Shown here: positions 16,872 to 25,946 of the stretch, in pieces | How positions within the stretch are numbered: position 1 is the first letter of the stretch | Layout of the letters: every line of letters starts with the position of its first letter | From: a virus | Length of the DNA: 64,000 bases | Strand: one strand, 5' to 3' | IMG/VR virus record: IMGVR_UViG_3300030451_003654 | Coordinates: 1-64,000 of that record | Position numbers and translations under genes: made by a program | Notes under the pieces: generated by a model | Seen by the model: the letters and a program-made list of their open reading frames with translations, nothing else | Told to the model about the DNA's origin: nothing | Database searches by the model: none

Positions 16872-19274
16872 ATGATTATTAGTGAAGTAAAAAGTAATAT
16901 TGAATTAAGATGGAGAGATAAAGAAGGTAAAAGAATTAATAAAACTGTTACTGATTTTAAACCTTATTTCTTTATTGAAGCAACAGATGATATGCCTGAA
17001 TCTATTGAATCGTCAAGTAAGTATTCTCGCAACAGAATTGTTCCTACATATTCAGTAGATAATCATACTTCTTTAGAAGGTAAGCCTTTAGTAAAAGTTA
17101 CCTTTGAAACAGTTGGTGATTTTCATAATGCTAAAAATAATTGGAGTAGAACATATGAAGCCGATATTGGATTAGCAAGAAAGTACACTAATGATTGTAT
17201 GGAAGATATTAAAGAATATAATTTTCGTAAATGGTATCTTGATATTGAAACACAGGTAGGCGGTAGATATGATGGACAAATTAATGCTATTACATTCTAT
17301 GATTCTTTTGATGAATACTATTATGTAATGACACATTTTCCTATTGAACCTCTACCATTTTACAAAGATGTATTAGTTTATGATGATGAAGAAGATATGC
17401 TTCATGCCTTTGTTAATTTTGTACAAGAGAAAGACCCTGATATGATTATTGGTTGGTATGTTTTAGGTTTCGATATTCCTAAGATTATTGAAAGATTACT
17501 TGCTAATGAAATAAATCCTCAATTACTTTCTCCACATAGAGAAGTTAGGGGAGTATCACATAACAGAATTTACAATATTAATTACGCTAATACCTCACAA
17601 CCAATCAAGGGAAGAATTACTTATTGTTTGATGACTCGTTTTGAAAGACTATGGCTTGATTCACAAAGAGGCACACTACCTTCTCTTAAATTAGATTATT
17701 GTTCTAAGAGATTACTTGGTGATGATGCAGGTAAGAAAAGAACAAATGCTAAGTTTAATGACGATGAATTTTTTAGACGCTCATGGTTAGAAGATACAGA
17801 AGTATTCCTTGAGTATAACCGAGTGGATGTAGAATTGATGGTTAGAATGGATGATGAAATGAATATTAGTGAAAATGATATTGCTCTACAACATCTATTT
17901 ATCTGTCCTTTTGAATGTGTATTTCACAATTCACAAATGGGTGCATCTTATTTTATGCGTCATTCAGATTGGATTGCACCAACAGGTATGAAAGGTATGA
18001 AAACAAAATATGAAGCAGCGTTTGTAATGAACCCTGAAGAAGAAGATACTTTTGGACTTCATGAAAATGTTGCAGTATTTGATTTTAAATCTCTATATCC
18101 AAGTATGATGGCGGCAAGAAACATATCATGGGAAACAAAAACTAATGATGATGATGGACATAATGTGCATTTCTCTATGCCTAAAAATTTAGTTGAGTGG
18201 GAAGGAGAAAAACCAAGTGTATCATTCTGTAAAGATAAAATCGGTATCTTGCCCCAAGCGGTATTAACTCTAATGAAAATGCGTGATGAATACAAAACCA
18301 AAAGAAAGAATGCTTCTAATGATGAAGAATATAGAAAGTGGGATTCAGCACAAATGGCTACTAAGCGTGGTGTAAATGCTCTTTATGGTGTATTAGCAAA
18401 AGATGGTTATGGTTGGGGCGATATGGAAATGGCTCAAGCAATTACGGCAAGTGCAAGAGAAGCCATGAGAAGCGTAGCATTCAAAGCAATAGATTTAGGC
18501 TATGATGTAATTTACGGACATACAGATTCTATCTTTGTAAAGGTAGGTAATGTAGGAGAAGCCGTAGTGCTTTGTAGTAAGTTAAATGAGCATATACAGA
18601 ATGAAGTGTTTAATGAACATGTAGTATTAGAATTTGAGAAATACGCAAAGTCGTTTTTCCTTTCTAAGAAAAAGAATCGTTATTGTGGGTATCTATCATG
18701 GAAAGATGGAGAGTTTATTGATGATGAATTCTTTGTTATGGGATTTGAAATGAAGAAGTCAAACGAAACTAAGTTGGCTAAAGAAGTACAATCTCAAATA
18801 TTAAAGATGGTTGCATCGGGTAAAACTGAAAGTGATGTAACTAAATATGCAAAGGCTATGTATAAAATAGTCAAGGGTGGCAAATACAAACCTTCCTCAG
18901 TTATCAAACAAAGTAGATTGAGAAAGTCATTAGATGAATATGATTCTATTGCAGGTGGTTCAGCAGGTGTTCTGTTTTACAATCAAGAAATAGGAACAAT
19001 AGAAGTTGGTGATAGTTATTATTTTTACAATGTAGATAACAAAGGTATTAAGGACTTCCCACGACAGTATGAAATTAAGGGAAGAATAAGGAATGTCGAG
19101 TATATTGCATTTAAAAAATTGGAGGAAGTTATAGATAACTTCCCTATTAATTGGGTTAGATTGGCTGAATCTGAAATTAGTAAGAAGGTCAGTTTAATAT
19201 ATGAATCTCTAAGGTGGGATTTATCAGCGATAGCCAATGATGGCAGACAAACAACATTAGATAGTTGGTGGTAA
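16872..19274 (+). CDS. polB: family B DNA polymerase, archaeal type
   Basis: Exo I DIET, Exo II GFDIP, Exo III YNRVD, DFKSLYPS, KRGVNALYG, YGHTDS, KKNRY and C-terminal PIP QTTLDSWW. Confidence 0.97.
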   Translation: MIISEVKSNIELRWRDKEGKRINKTVTDFKPYFFIEATDDMPESIESSSKYSRNRIVPTYSVDNHTSLEGKPLVKVTFETVGDFHNAKNNWSRTYEADIGLARKYTNDCMEDIKEYNFRKWYLDIETQVGGRYDGQINAITFYDSFDEYYYVMTHFPIEPLPFYKDVLVYDDEEDMLHAFVNFVQEKDPDMIIGWYVLGFDIPKIIERLLANEINPQLLSPHREVRGVSHNRIYNINYANTSQPIKGRITYCLMTRFERLWLDSQRGTLPSLKLDYCSKRLLGDDAGKKRTNAKFNDDEFFRRSWLEDTEVFLEYNRVDVELMVRMDDEMNISENDIALQHLFICPFECVFHNSQMGASYFMRHSDWIAPTGMKGMKTKYEAAFVMNPEEEDTFGLHENVAVFDFKSLYPSMMAARNISWETKTNDDDGHNVHFSMPKNLVEWEGEKPSVSFCKDKIGILPQAVLTLMKMRDEYKTKRKNASNDEEYRKWDSAQMATKRGVNALYGVLAKDGYGWGDMEMAQAITASAREAMRSVAFKAIDLGYDVIYGHTDSIFVKVGNVGEAVVLCSKLNEHIQNEVFNEHVVLEFEKYAKSFFLSKKKNRYCGYLSWKDGEFIDDEFFVMGFEMKKSNETKLAKEVQSQILKMVASGKTESDVTKYAKAMYKIVKGGKYKPSSVIKQSRLRKSLDEYDSIAGGSAGVLFYNQEIGTIEVGDSYYFYNVDNKGIKDFPRQYEIKGRIRNVEYIAFKKLEEVIDNFPINWVRLAESEISKKVSLIYESLRWDLSAIANDGRQTTLDSWW

Positions 19275-19275
19275 A

Positions 19276-19752
19276 TTGACAAGAGAAAAAAGTAATATTA
19301 AAAGAATAATGAAATTGAAAAATGAAATGGATAAGTTGGAAGAAAAGTATAACAAGCATGAAGAAGAAATTGCTAAGTTACAACTTGAAGAAGAAAGTCT
19401 TTGGGTTAAAACAGGCGTTTGTAGTATTTGTCAAGTTGAACCTGATGACGGGATTACCGAATGGCATCATATTATTTCACAACATAAATGTAAAAAAGAA
19501 GGACTATTACATTTAATTAGTGCAAGGTCTAATGTTGTTGAAGTATGCAAGCCATGTCATGACTTAACTACTGCTTCAATGTTAAGAACAAATTTAGAAA
19601 ATGCTACATCAAGAGTTTCTAAAGAAAATGCTGATAAAGAGCCAACAGAAAATCAAATCAAGTATATCAAAAAATTGGGTGGAGATATACCTGATGGACT
19701 TACCCGACAGGGGGCAAGTCAATTAATTGACGAACTAAAAAAAGTGAAGTAA
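19276..19752 (+). CDS. HNH endonuclease with coiled coil and C-terminal 'QIKYIKKLGG' module
   Basis: CSIC...EWHHI...NVVEVCKPCH. Confidence 0.8.
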   Translation: MTREKSNIKRIMKLKNEMDKLEEKYNKHEEEIAKLQLEEESLWVKTGVCSICQVEPDDGITEWHHIISQHKCKKEGLLHLISARSNVVEVCKPCHDLTTASMLRTNLENATSRVSKENADKEPTENQIKYIKKLGGDIPDGLTRQGASQLIDELKKVK

Positions 19753-19781
19753 AAATCCTCCCAAACAGAAATATAAAGAAG

Positions 19782-20654
19782 GTGTTTAGAATGAGAAAAG
19801 AGAATGGAGAATATACATATAAGTGGGAACCTAATACAGAAGGCGCACCTATTTTGAAGATTACTAAATCTTCTATTGGTAGTTATGGTTTTTGTAATCT
19901 AAATTATAAGTATGGTTATATTGACGATATTAAACAAAAGACAAGCCCTGCTATGATTAAAGGTACAGTTGTACACAATGCTCAAGAAGAGTTTTGGAAA
20001 ATTGTAAAAATTGATGATGCGTTAGAGTTTGTGGAAGAACCTATGAAACTACAAAAACATTTTAGGAGTCTTTATCCCGAAACTGATAACGAAGAATATG
20101 AAGATTTGTATAGGGCTATGTCGGCATATAATACTGAAAGATTTATTGAGTGTCATCACGAAGATACACTTAATACATTTATTCCTGTTGGAAATGAAAT
20201 AATGTTAGATGCAAGATATACTACTGAATCTGGTATTGAAGTACATCTTCAAGGTATTATTGATAGACTATTCTTTGAAGATGGTGGTTATATCCCTATG
20301 GAATTAAAGACGGGTGCTTGGAAAGATACTAAGAAAACTATGATGAGAAAGGAAATGGCGTTTTATAAAATACTATTTGAGAATGCTGACCCTGAACAAA
20401 TTAGAGAATTAGGATTAGACCCTGAAACTCCCTTTACACATTGGGCTTGGTATTATCCAGCAAGTAATTATGTATATGCTGAAAAAGTTTCTAAGCGTTC
20501 TGAAACAGCAGTTAAAGCATCTTTTGAAAAATTGATTAATTCATATTTAGAAGAAGAATTTAATGCTTCATATTTCTATAAAAAGTGTATTCATTGTGGA
20601 CATTACGACCATTGCGAAGCGGCTGATGGAGGAAGTCAAAATGATTGGTTCTAA
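19782..20654 (+). CDS. Cas4/RecB-like PD-(D/E)xK exonuclease
   Basis: GTVVH, GIIDRL, ELKTG, an N-terminal Cys and C-terminal CIHCGHYDHC (Fe-S staple). Confidence 0.85.
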   Translation: MFRMRKENGEYTYKWEPNTEGAPILKITKSSIGSYGFCNLNYKYGYIDDIKQKTSPAMIKGTVVHNAQEEFWKIVKIDDALEFVEEPMKLQKHFRSLYPETDNEEYEDLYRAMSAYNTERFIECHHEDTLNTFIPVGNEIMLDARYTTESGIEVHLQGIIDRLFFEDGGYIPMELKTGAWKDTKKTMMRKEMAFYKILFENADPEQIRELGLDPETPFTHWAWYYPASNYVYAEKVSKRSETAVKASFEKLINSYLEEEFNASYFYKKCIHCGHYDHCEAADGGSQNDWF

Positions 20655-21114
20655 TGCAGGTGAGGATTTTTATAATAGCGACATAATAGAAAACAAAATT
20701 AAAGAACGAAGATGGACTATTAATGACATAATTCAAAAGGAAGAAATAGTAACAGAAATAGCAAAAGAGATACTTAGTGAATTAGATATAGAAACTAAAT
20801 ATTATATTATTTGCGATACTGAAATACCAAAAAGAAATATGTCATTTGCAAAAGCAATTTATAATAAAACATTTGATATATTAGAAGAATGGATAACTGC
20901 TAAGTTAGCATTATTTCTAAAATCAGCAACGGTGAATTTTAATGATGAACCTATTGAAGCACTTGAATCATTTATTGAAGAGGGTGAAGGAGAGTTGGAA
21001 TCAAATGAAAATAGTGATGACGAAGATGAGAAAGTAATGACTTTAAAAGAAAGAATAAAATTAGATACTAAACAATTAGATGATAAAGAAATGAAAAAGA
21101 GAGGAATGAAATGA
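20641..21114 (+). CDS. hypothetical protein with acidic segment
   Basis: 3' part of ORF 20563..21114; ATG at 20641 is more plausible. Confidence 0.65.
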   Translation: MIGSNAGEDFYNSDIIENKIKERRWTINDIIQKEEIVTEIAKEILSELDIETKYYIICDTEIPKRNMSFAKAIYNKTFDILEEWITAKLALFLKSATVNFNDEPIEALESFIEEGEGELESNENSDDEDEKVMTLKERIKLDTKQLDDKEMKKRGMK

Positions 21115-21251
21115 GAAGAAGGTGTAAAGTTATAGGCTGTAAGGCTGAATTAACTAAGCCTGAAAAAATATTTTGTTCTTTACATGAATATGTAAAAGGT
21201 GATGATGGTGTATTTTCCAAGAGAGATGTGGGCAGGGAGTCTAAGAAATAA
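21111..21251 (+). CDS. 46-aa C3H Zn-finger microprotein
   Basis: Manually read MRRRCKVIGCKAELTKPEKIFCSLHE...; ATGA overlap. Confidence 0.55.
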   Translation: MRRRCKVIGCKAELTKPEKIFCSLHEYVKGDDGVFSKRDVGRESKK

Positions 21252-22254
21252 TGCAAGAGAAGCAGGAAGAATTGTAGTTAAGAATGAAGAAGAGTATAGA
21301 AACTTTATTAATATGTATAATGGTAAAATGAATCTATTTACTTCTGTCTATGATTACAAACACTTTACTACTAATCGTGGGTTAGAATATTCTATTATAA
21401 TTGATAGAATATTTTTAGATTTTGATGCTCATGGCGATGAAGAATCTATGCCCGATTTATATCAAGATGTGTTAAGAATGCATCAATGGTTAATGGAAAA
21501 AGATTACAAGCATAATATATCTTTTTCTGGAAGAGGGTTTCATATATTTGTATATGGTAATGTCGCTAAGACTTTTAGACAAGTTAAAGCATTCTTCAAT
21601 ATCTGTCATGATGTAGTAAATAAAAGTCCTTTTCTTGATACGGTTGTAATTAATACAAGTAGATTGAGAAGGATTCAAAATACATTTCATCTTAAGGCTA
21701 ACCGTTGGTGTATTCCTATTACACATGAAGATTTGATAGCGGGATTGCCGACCATATATAAACTCTCAGATAATGGTAAAAGAAATATAAAACCTGTTTA
21801 TTATGGAAATAAATTAGTTGATTTTCCTGAAGTAAGAAAAATGGAAATGGCTGATATAGAAATTGATAGTGTTGAAAGTCCTGGAGATTTACCAATACTT
21901 CCTTGTTTAAAAAATGCAGTTATGGCTGAAAATCCTAATCATAGAGCAAGAGTACTTTTAGTACAATGGTATAATGAGTTTTTATCTGAACTTGCTATTA
22001 CTAAACAGGACCTGAAAATTAAACCAAGAGAATTATCTGGTAGTGCACTAAATGATATAAAGTCTATAATAGAACATGAAATAAAAACGATTGCTTCTAA
22101 CGAAGATACATGGATAGATTATGATAGTGAAAAAACAAAAGGTCATGTAAGATTTATTGTAGATGGTAGATATATGTCGCCTAACTGTAATACTTTAATT
22201 GAAGAAGGTCTTTGTATAGGTAAGTGTTGGAGGTATGGACATGATAGTAATTGA
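21199..22254 (+). CDS. priS: archaeo-eukaryotic primase, PriS catalytic domain fused to a PriL-like Cys-rich C-terminal domain
   Basis: FLDFD, FSGRGFH, RLRR..NT; C-terminal LPC...NHRAR...PNC....GLC...C. Confidence 0.85.
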   Translation: MMMVYFPREMWAGSLRNNAREAGRIVVKNEEEYRNFINMYNGKMNLFTSVYDYKHFTTNRGLEYSIIIDRIFLDFDAHGDEESMPDLYQDVLRMHQWLMEKDYKHNISFSGRGFHIFVYGNVAKTFRQVKAFFNICHDVVNKSPFLDTVVINTSRLRRIQNTFHLKANRWCIPITHEDLIAGLPTIYKLSDNGKRNIKPVYYGNKLVDFPEVRKMEMADIEIDSVESPGDLPILPCLKNAVMAENPNHRARVLLVQWYNEFLSELAITKQDLKIKPRELSGSALNDIKSIIEHEIKTIASNEDTWIDYDSEKTKGHVRFIVDGRYMSPNCNTLIEEGLCIGKCWRYGHDSN

Positions 22255-22918
22255 CAGTAGAGAAGACTCACAATTAAGTAGAACATTAGAATCTTTTGCA
22301 GAAAGAGCAAAAATTAAAACAGAAAAGAAATGGTTAGAGATTGGAGATTATATAGTAGGTGATTGTTGTATAGAAGCAAAATCAACTGCTGACTTTTTAC
22401 AATCAGTTAGAAATAAAAGAATATTTAATCAATTAGATAATATGGATAGAACATACAATAAGAATATAATATTAATATATGGAACATTAGAAGACGCAGT
22501 ACAATATTTAGAAAGAACAAATTATAATTCAACATCATGGAAGAATAAATTAAAGAAAATGTTTGTTGGTGCTTTAACTTCAATAGCATTACATACAGAT
22601 GTTAAACCTATATGGGTAGATAATTATAGAACAGCCGCCCATATTATATTAGCAACAACAGAACACATAGATAAAGATTTAATTATACATAAAGAATTAC
22701 CAAAGAAAATAAGAACAGACGATGTAAGAGTAGATGTGCTATCTGAAATAAAGGGTGTTTCAGTAGAAAAAGCAAAAGCCCTATTAAAGTCCTTTGGAAG
22801 TATTGTAGAAATATCAATGGCTGATATTCAAGATATAACTAAGATAAAAGGTATTGGTAATAAAACTGCATACAATATTTTAAAGGCGTTAAATTCAGAA
22901 AATGAGGTGAGATATTAA
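22235..22918 (+). CDS. ERCC4/XPF family nuclease with tandem HhH (Hef/Mus81-like)
   Basis: IDSRE, LEIGDY, IEAKS..DF..S, and HhH motifs IKGVS.EKA and IKGIGNKTA. Confidence 0.9.
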   Translation: MDMIVIDSREDSQLSRTLESFAERAKIKTEKKWLEIGDYIVGDCCIEAKSTADFLQSVRNKRIFNQLDNMDRTYNKNIILIYGTLEDAVQYLERTNYNSTSWKNKLKKMFVGALTSIALHTDVKPIWVDNYRTAAHIILATTEHIDKDLIIHKELPKKIRTDDVRVDVLSEIKGVSVEKAKALLKSFGSIVEISMADIQDITKIKGIGNKTAYNILKALNSENEVRY

Positions 22919-24444
22919 TGGCAAAAGATTTAGAAGTAGATGAGTGGGAATTATATGATGCATTAGCAAAGGTAAATGATAACAGCGATTTAGAGGTTAT
23001 TCGTTCTAAGAAAATAGAGATGCCTAAAGATGTTATACGCTGGAAAAATGTAGTAGGAGAGTTTTCTCTTTACAATGAGTATTCAGCAAAAATGTCATAT
23101 TTTGTATCGTTAGGTCAGATATTAAAAGATTCAGTTAGAGTACCAATAGGTAGATTGGCTCTTGACCCAAGAATACATTATTGTTGGATTCAAACTTCAA
23201 GGAGTGGTAAAACAACAATGTTTGATTTCTTGTGTCCTGTATGGGAAAGAACCTTTGAATTAATTAATGCTTATCCTACAACAAGAAACCAATTACCGCT
23301 AACAGGTGTTCGCAATTTTACATTGAACAATCCTGATAGTTTTACAGACCAAGCATTGTTAGGAACAATGAAGATGAATGTACCAAACCCTGAATACAAT
23401 AGACAGGAAGCAAGAGAAGATGATGATTATGATACCCCAGAATTTACCGATGTAACCATTTTTGGTAGTCTGTATGGTAGCGGTATTATTGCTTTTGATG
23501 AGTTTGAACATTCGGGTATTTTTAAGGAGTCGCAACATAAACAAGAAACAGTTATGCTATTTCAAAAGTTTATGAATCGCTTAGATTCTAAGAGCCACTT
23601 AATTAAGAAAAGGCTAACTGAGTGGGGTAAAGATTTAGTTGTTGATTCACAAAGAAGTTTATGGGCTACAACATTACCACCTGAAGGATTAGAAAAAGTT
23701 ATTCTAACAAAGGGTGTATTTCAAAGAATGTGGTTGTATGTTAGAGATGTTCCCGAATCTTTGAGGGCACAAATGGAAGAAGATTACATTGATATGGTTG
23801 GTGAAATCTTAGAAGATGAAGATGGTTCATCTGTTTATCATGAAGAATTTTCTGAGATGCTTTACAATACTTATAGATGGGTTCAAGATAGATTAGAAGC
23901 AGTAGATGGTGATAAAAGAAAAGTTGTAACTTGGTCTGAAGATGGACAGAAGGCTTTGAAAAATGTTTGGAGAGGTATGAAGAAATATATGAATACTTTT
24001 GATGACAGTATTTATGAAGCATTAAATACATTTTTAATGAATATGATTAACAATATCTGTATTGCTGCGGCTTTATGTGCTGTATCTGAAAGAAGTACAG
24101 TTATTACTGCTAAACATATTAAACAAGGTAGGCAATTGACTGATGAATCTTTTGACTCTATTACAAGTTGGTTCACAGAAAAGTTAAAGAAGAAGCCAAA
24201 GAGATTTTCTGATAAGAGTAATGAAAAGATGTATATCGCTGCTTATAATGCAACAAACCCAAAGGTTAAAGTTAATGGTACTAATGGATGGGTAGATAAA
24301 AAGTTGATGATTGAGTCTTTCAGAAAGAATGAACAATGTGGGAGAAATAAATTTTACAGACATTGGCATAGTGTAAAACACATTTTTGAGGAAATAAGAA
24401 CAACTAAAACTTATGTAAGATTAAAGGTGAATAAAGATGAGTAA
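22918..24444 (+). CDS. mcm: divergent MCM-like AAA+ helicase
   Basis: Walker A variant SRSGKT, TDQALLG, Walker B IIAFDEFE, Arg finger VFQR and a C-terminal winged-helix-like region. Confidence 0.65.
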   Translation: MAKDLEVDEWELYDALAKVNDNSDLEVIRSKKIEMPKDVIRWKNVVGEFSLYNEYSAKMSYFVSLGQILKDSVRVPIGRLALDPRIHYCWIQTSRSGKTTMFDFLCPVWERTFELINAYPTTRNQLPLTGVRNFTLNNPDSFTDQALLGTMKMNVPNPEYNRQEAREDDDYDTPEFTDVTIFGSLYGSGIIAFDEFEHSGIFKESQHKQETVMLFQKFMNRLDSKSHLIKKRLTEWGKDLVVDSQRSLWATTLPPEGLEKVILTKGVFQRMWLYVRDVPESLRAQMEEDYIDMVGEILEDEDGSSVYHEEFSEMLYNTYRWVQDRLEAVDGDKRKVVTWSEDGQKALKNVWRGMKKYMNTFDDSIYEALNTFLMNMINNICIAAALCAVSERSTVITAKHIKQGRQLTDESFDSITSWFTEKLKKKPKRFSDKSNEKMYIAAYNATNPKVKVNGTNGWVDKKLMIESFRKNEQCGRNKFYRHWHSVKHIFEEIRTTKTYVRLKVNKDE

Positions 24445-25042
24445 TGTATTATCGTTTGATATAGAAACTAAAAATTTGAGTTATGAGATAGGAGGTTGGG
24501 GCAATACCCATTTATTTAAAGTTGCTTGTGTAACTACTTGGGATGGAGAAAATGGTGTAATTTATGTGGATGAACCTCTAAAAGAATTAAAAAAAGGTAC
24601 TAATGTTGAAATTAAATCATTAAGAGAGTTTAAGTTTGATATAGATGAGCACTTTCAAAAAGGTGGAATTTTATTAGGACATAATATTAACGCTTTTGAT
24701 TTACCTGTCCTTAGAGATTCTATGGATATTTATATTGTAAGAAAATATTTAGAGGATAAATCAAATAGATGTATTGATACAAGTGCCTATCTATTAAAAG
24801 AACATGGGAAAAGAATTCATTTGGACAATTTGGTTAAATGTACCATAGACGACCAAAAGAATATGAGTAGTATTGATTCCGTAGTTAAATGGAAAGCGGG
24901 AGAATATGATGATGTGGTGGATTATTGCCTTAAAGATTCACAATTGACCTATGATTTATGGAAATACGGTCAAGAAAATGGTATAGTCAAGTATTTTGAC
25001 GAAGAAGAAAATATATTTACTGAGTTGCAGGTAAATTGGTAA
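24437..25042 (+). CDS. RNase H-fold DEDD 3'-5' exonuclease
   Basis: SFDIET, GHNINAFDLP and YCLKD motifs. Confidence 0.85.
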   Translation: MSNVLSFDIETKNLSYEIGGWGNTHLFKVACVTTWDGENGVIYVDEPLKELKKGTNVEIKSLREFKFDIDEHFQKGGILLGHNINAFDLPVLRDSMDIYIVRKYLEDKSNRCIDTSAYLLKEHGKRIHLDNLVKCTIDDQKNMSSIDSVVKWKAGEYDDVVDYCLKDSQLTYDLWKYGQENGIVKYFDEEENIFTELQVNW

Positions 25043-25070
25043 GGGCATTGAGTAAAAAAGTTATTTTTAT

Positions 25071-25111
25071 CGGGGTGTAGCCGTGTAAAAGCGGCTATGC
25101 CTCGTTTTTTT
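25071..25111 (+). terminator. GC-rich hairpin plus T tract at the convergence of the two transcription halves
   Basis: CGGGGTGTAGCCG / CGGCTATGCCTCG stem (with G-U pairs) followed by T7; further T tracts downstream. Confidence 0.65.
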
Positions 25112-25289
25112 ACGCCAAAATCGCTAATTTTTAATTTTTAGTGATTTTTTAATCCTGCGTTTTAACTTTTTACCCATTATAAATGCAATAGTTGTATAAA
25201 ATAGTACTTCTAATACTACTGCTAATATAAACATCCAACCTTTAACACAATAATTAGTGTCAGGCAAACAATATTCCATATTAATCACA

Positions 25290-25946
25290 TCATGTTATAA
25301 TTATTTTAAAGTGATAAGCATCTGAAACGCTTGCTGAACCAGCAATGACATTTGAGTTTGTATCTTGTCCACCATTAGGGTTAGCAACTTTAAAAATTAA
25401 TTCACCTGCTACTGCTGTATTAAGAACATCAATTCTAAAACCATTACCATAAGGTGCTCTATAAGGAGAAGTTATTGTACCAAGAGCAGGTGAAATTTGT
25501 ACATGTCCATTATTATGATTATTTCCTACATCAGTTATCGGCAAACAAGCGGCAGATTCAGTACCTGAACCTGTCATAGTAGAATGTAAAAAGGCTAAAA
25601 CATCTATTCTATATTCAGTACCTGCTGATAAATTAATTGTACCATTTGTTATTGTAGGAGAAGATACTAAACCATTTTGATGTGCTACCATATCTGCAAC
25701 AGGTCGGGCATTTACTTGTATTCCTGTAATTACATCAACATATACTGTTCCATTTGTTATATCTCTAACAGTCATTTCAACAGAAGAAAAATTATTAGGT
25801 ACTGAAGGATGTGCTTTACTTGTAAAAGCAATTAGTTTAGTACCAACAAGGCTTCCGCCACCTCCGCCACCTCCACCTGCTAATCTTTTCTTTTTGGCTT
25901 TTACACCTTTTCTAATTAACTGCATATGTATATCCATATCAACCAA
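25290..25946 (-). CDS. putative tail-tip/receptor-binding accessory protein
   Basis: Basic N-terminus, poly-Gly linker and beta-rich domain; last gene of the tail block. Confidence 0.55.
   Translation of the reverse strand: MVDMDIHMQLIRKGVKAKKKRLAGGGGGGGGSLVGTKLIAFTSKAHPSVPNNFSSVEMTVRDITNGTVYVDVITGIQVNARPVADMVAHQNGLVSSPTITNGTINLSAGTEYRIDVLAFLHSTMTGSGTESAACLPITDVGNNHNNGHVQISPALGTITSPYRAPYGNGFRIDVLNTAVAGELIFKVANPNGGQDTNSNVIAGSASVSDAYHFKIIIT

Noticed and set aside
19782-20654. Cas4-like gene as sign of a CRISPR-Cas locus
   Set aside because: No repeat-spacer array or other cas genes were seen; stand-alone Cas4-like nucleases are common in archaeal virus replication modules.
326-24381. Numerous - strand ORFs in the left half (e.g. 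326-736, 7466-7810, 8065-8412)
   Set aside because: Antisense shadows of well-supported + strand genes, with no RBS and no motifs.
16872-24444. Inteins or introns in PolB, primase or helicase
   Set aside because: Motif spacing and protein lengths are normal; no intein N- or C-terminal signatures were seen.
25043-25289. tRNA or other RNA gene in the convergent intergenic region
   Set aside because: No cloverleaf or TTCGA T-loop; only a terminator-like hairpin and T tracts.
25855-25878. CCGCCACCT tandem repeat
   Set aside because: It simply encodes the poly-Gly linker of the - strand tail protein.
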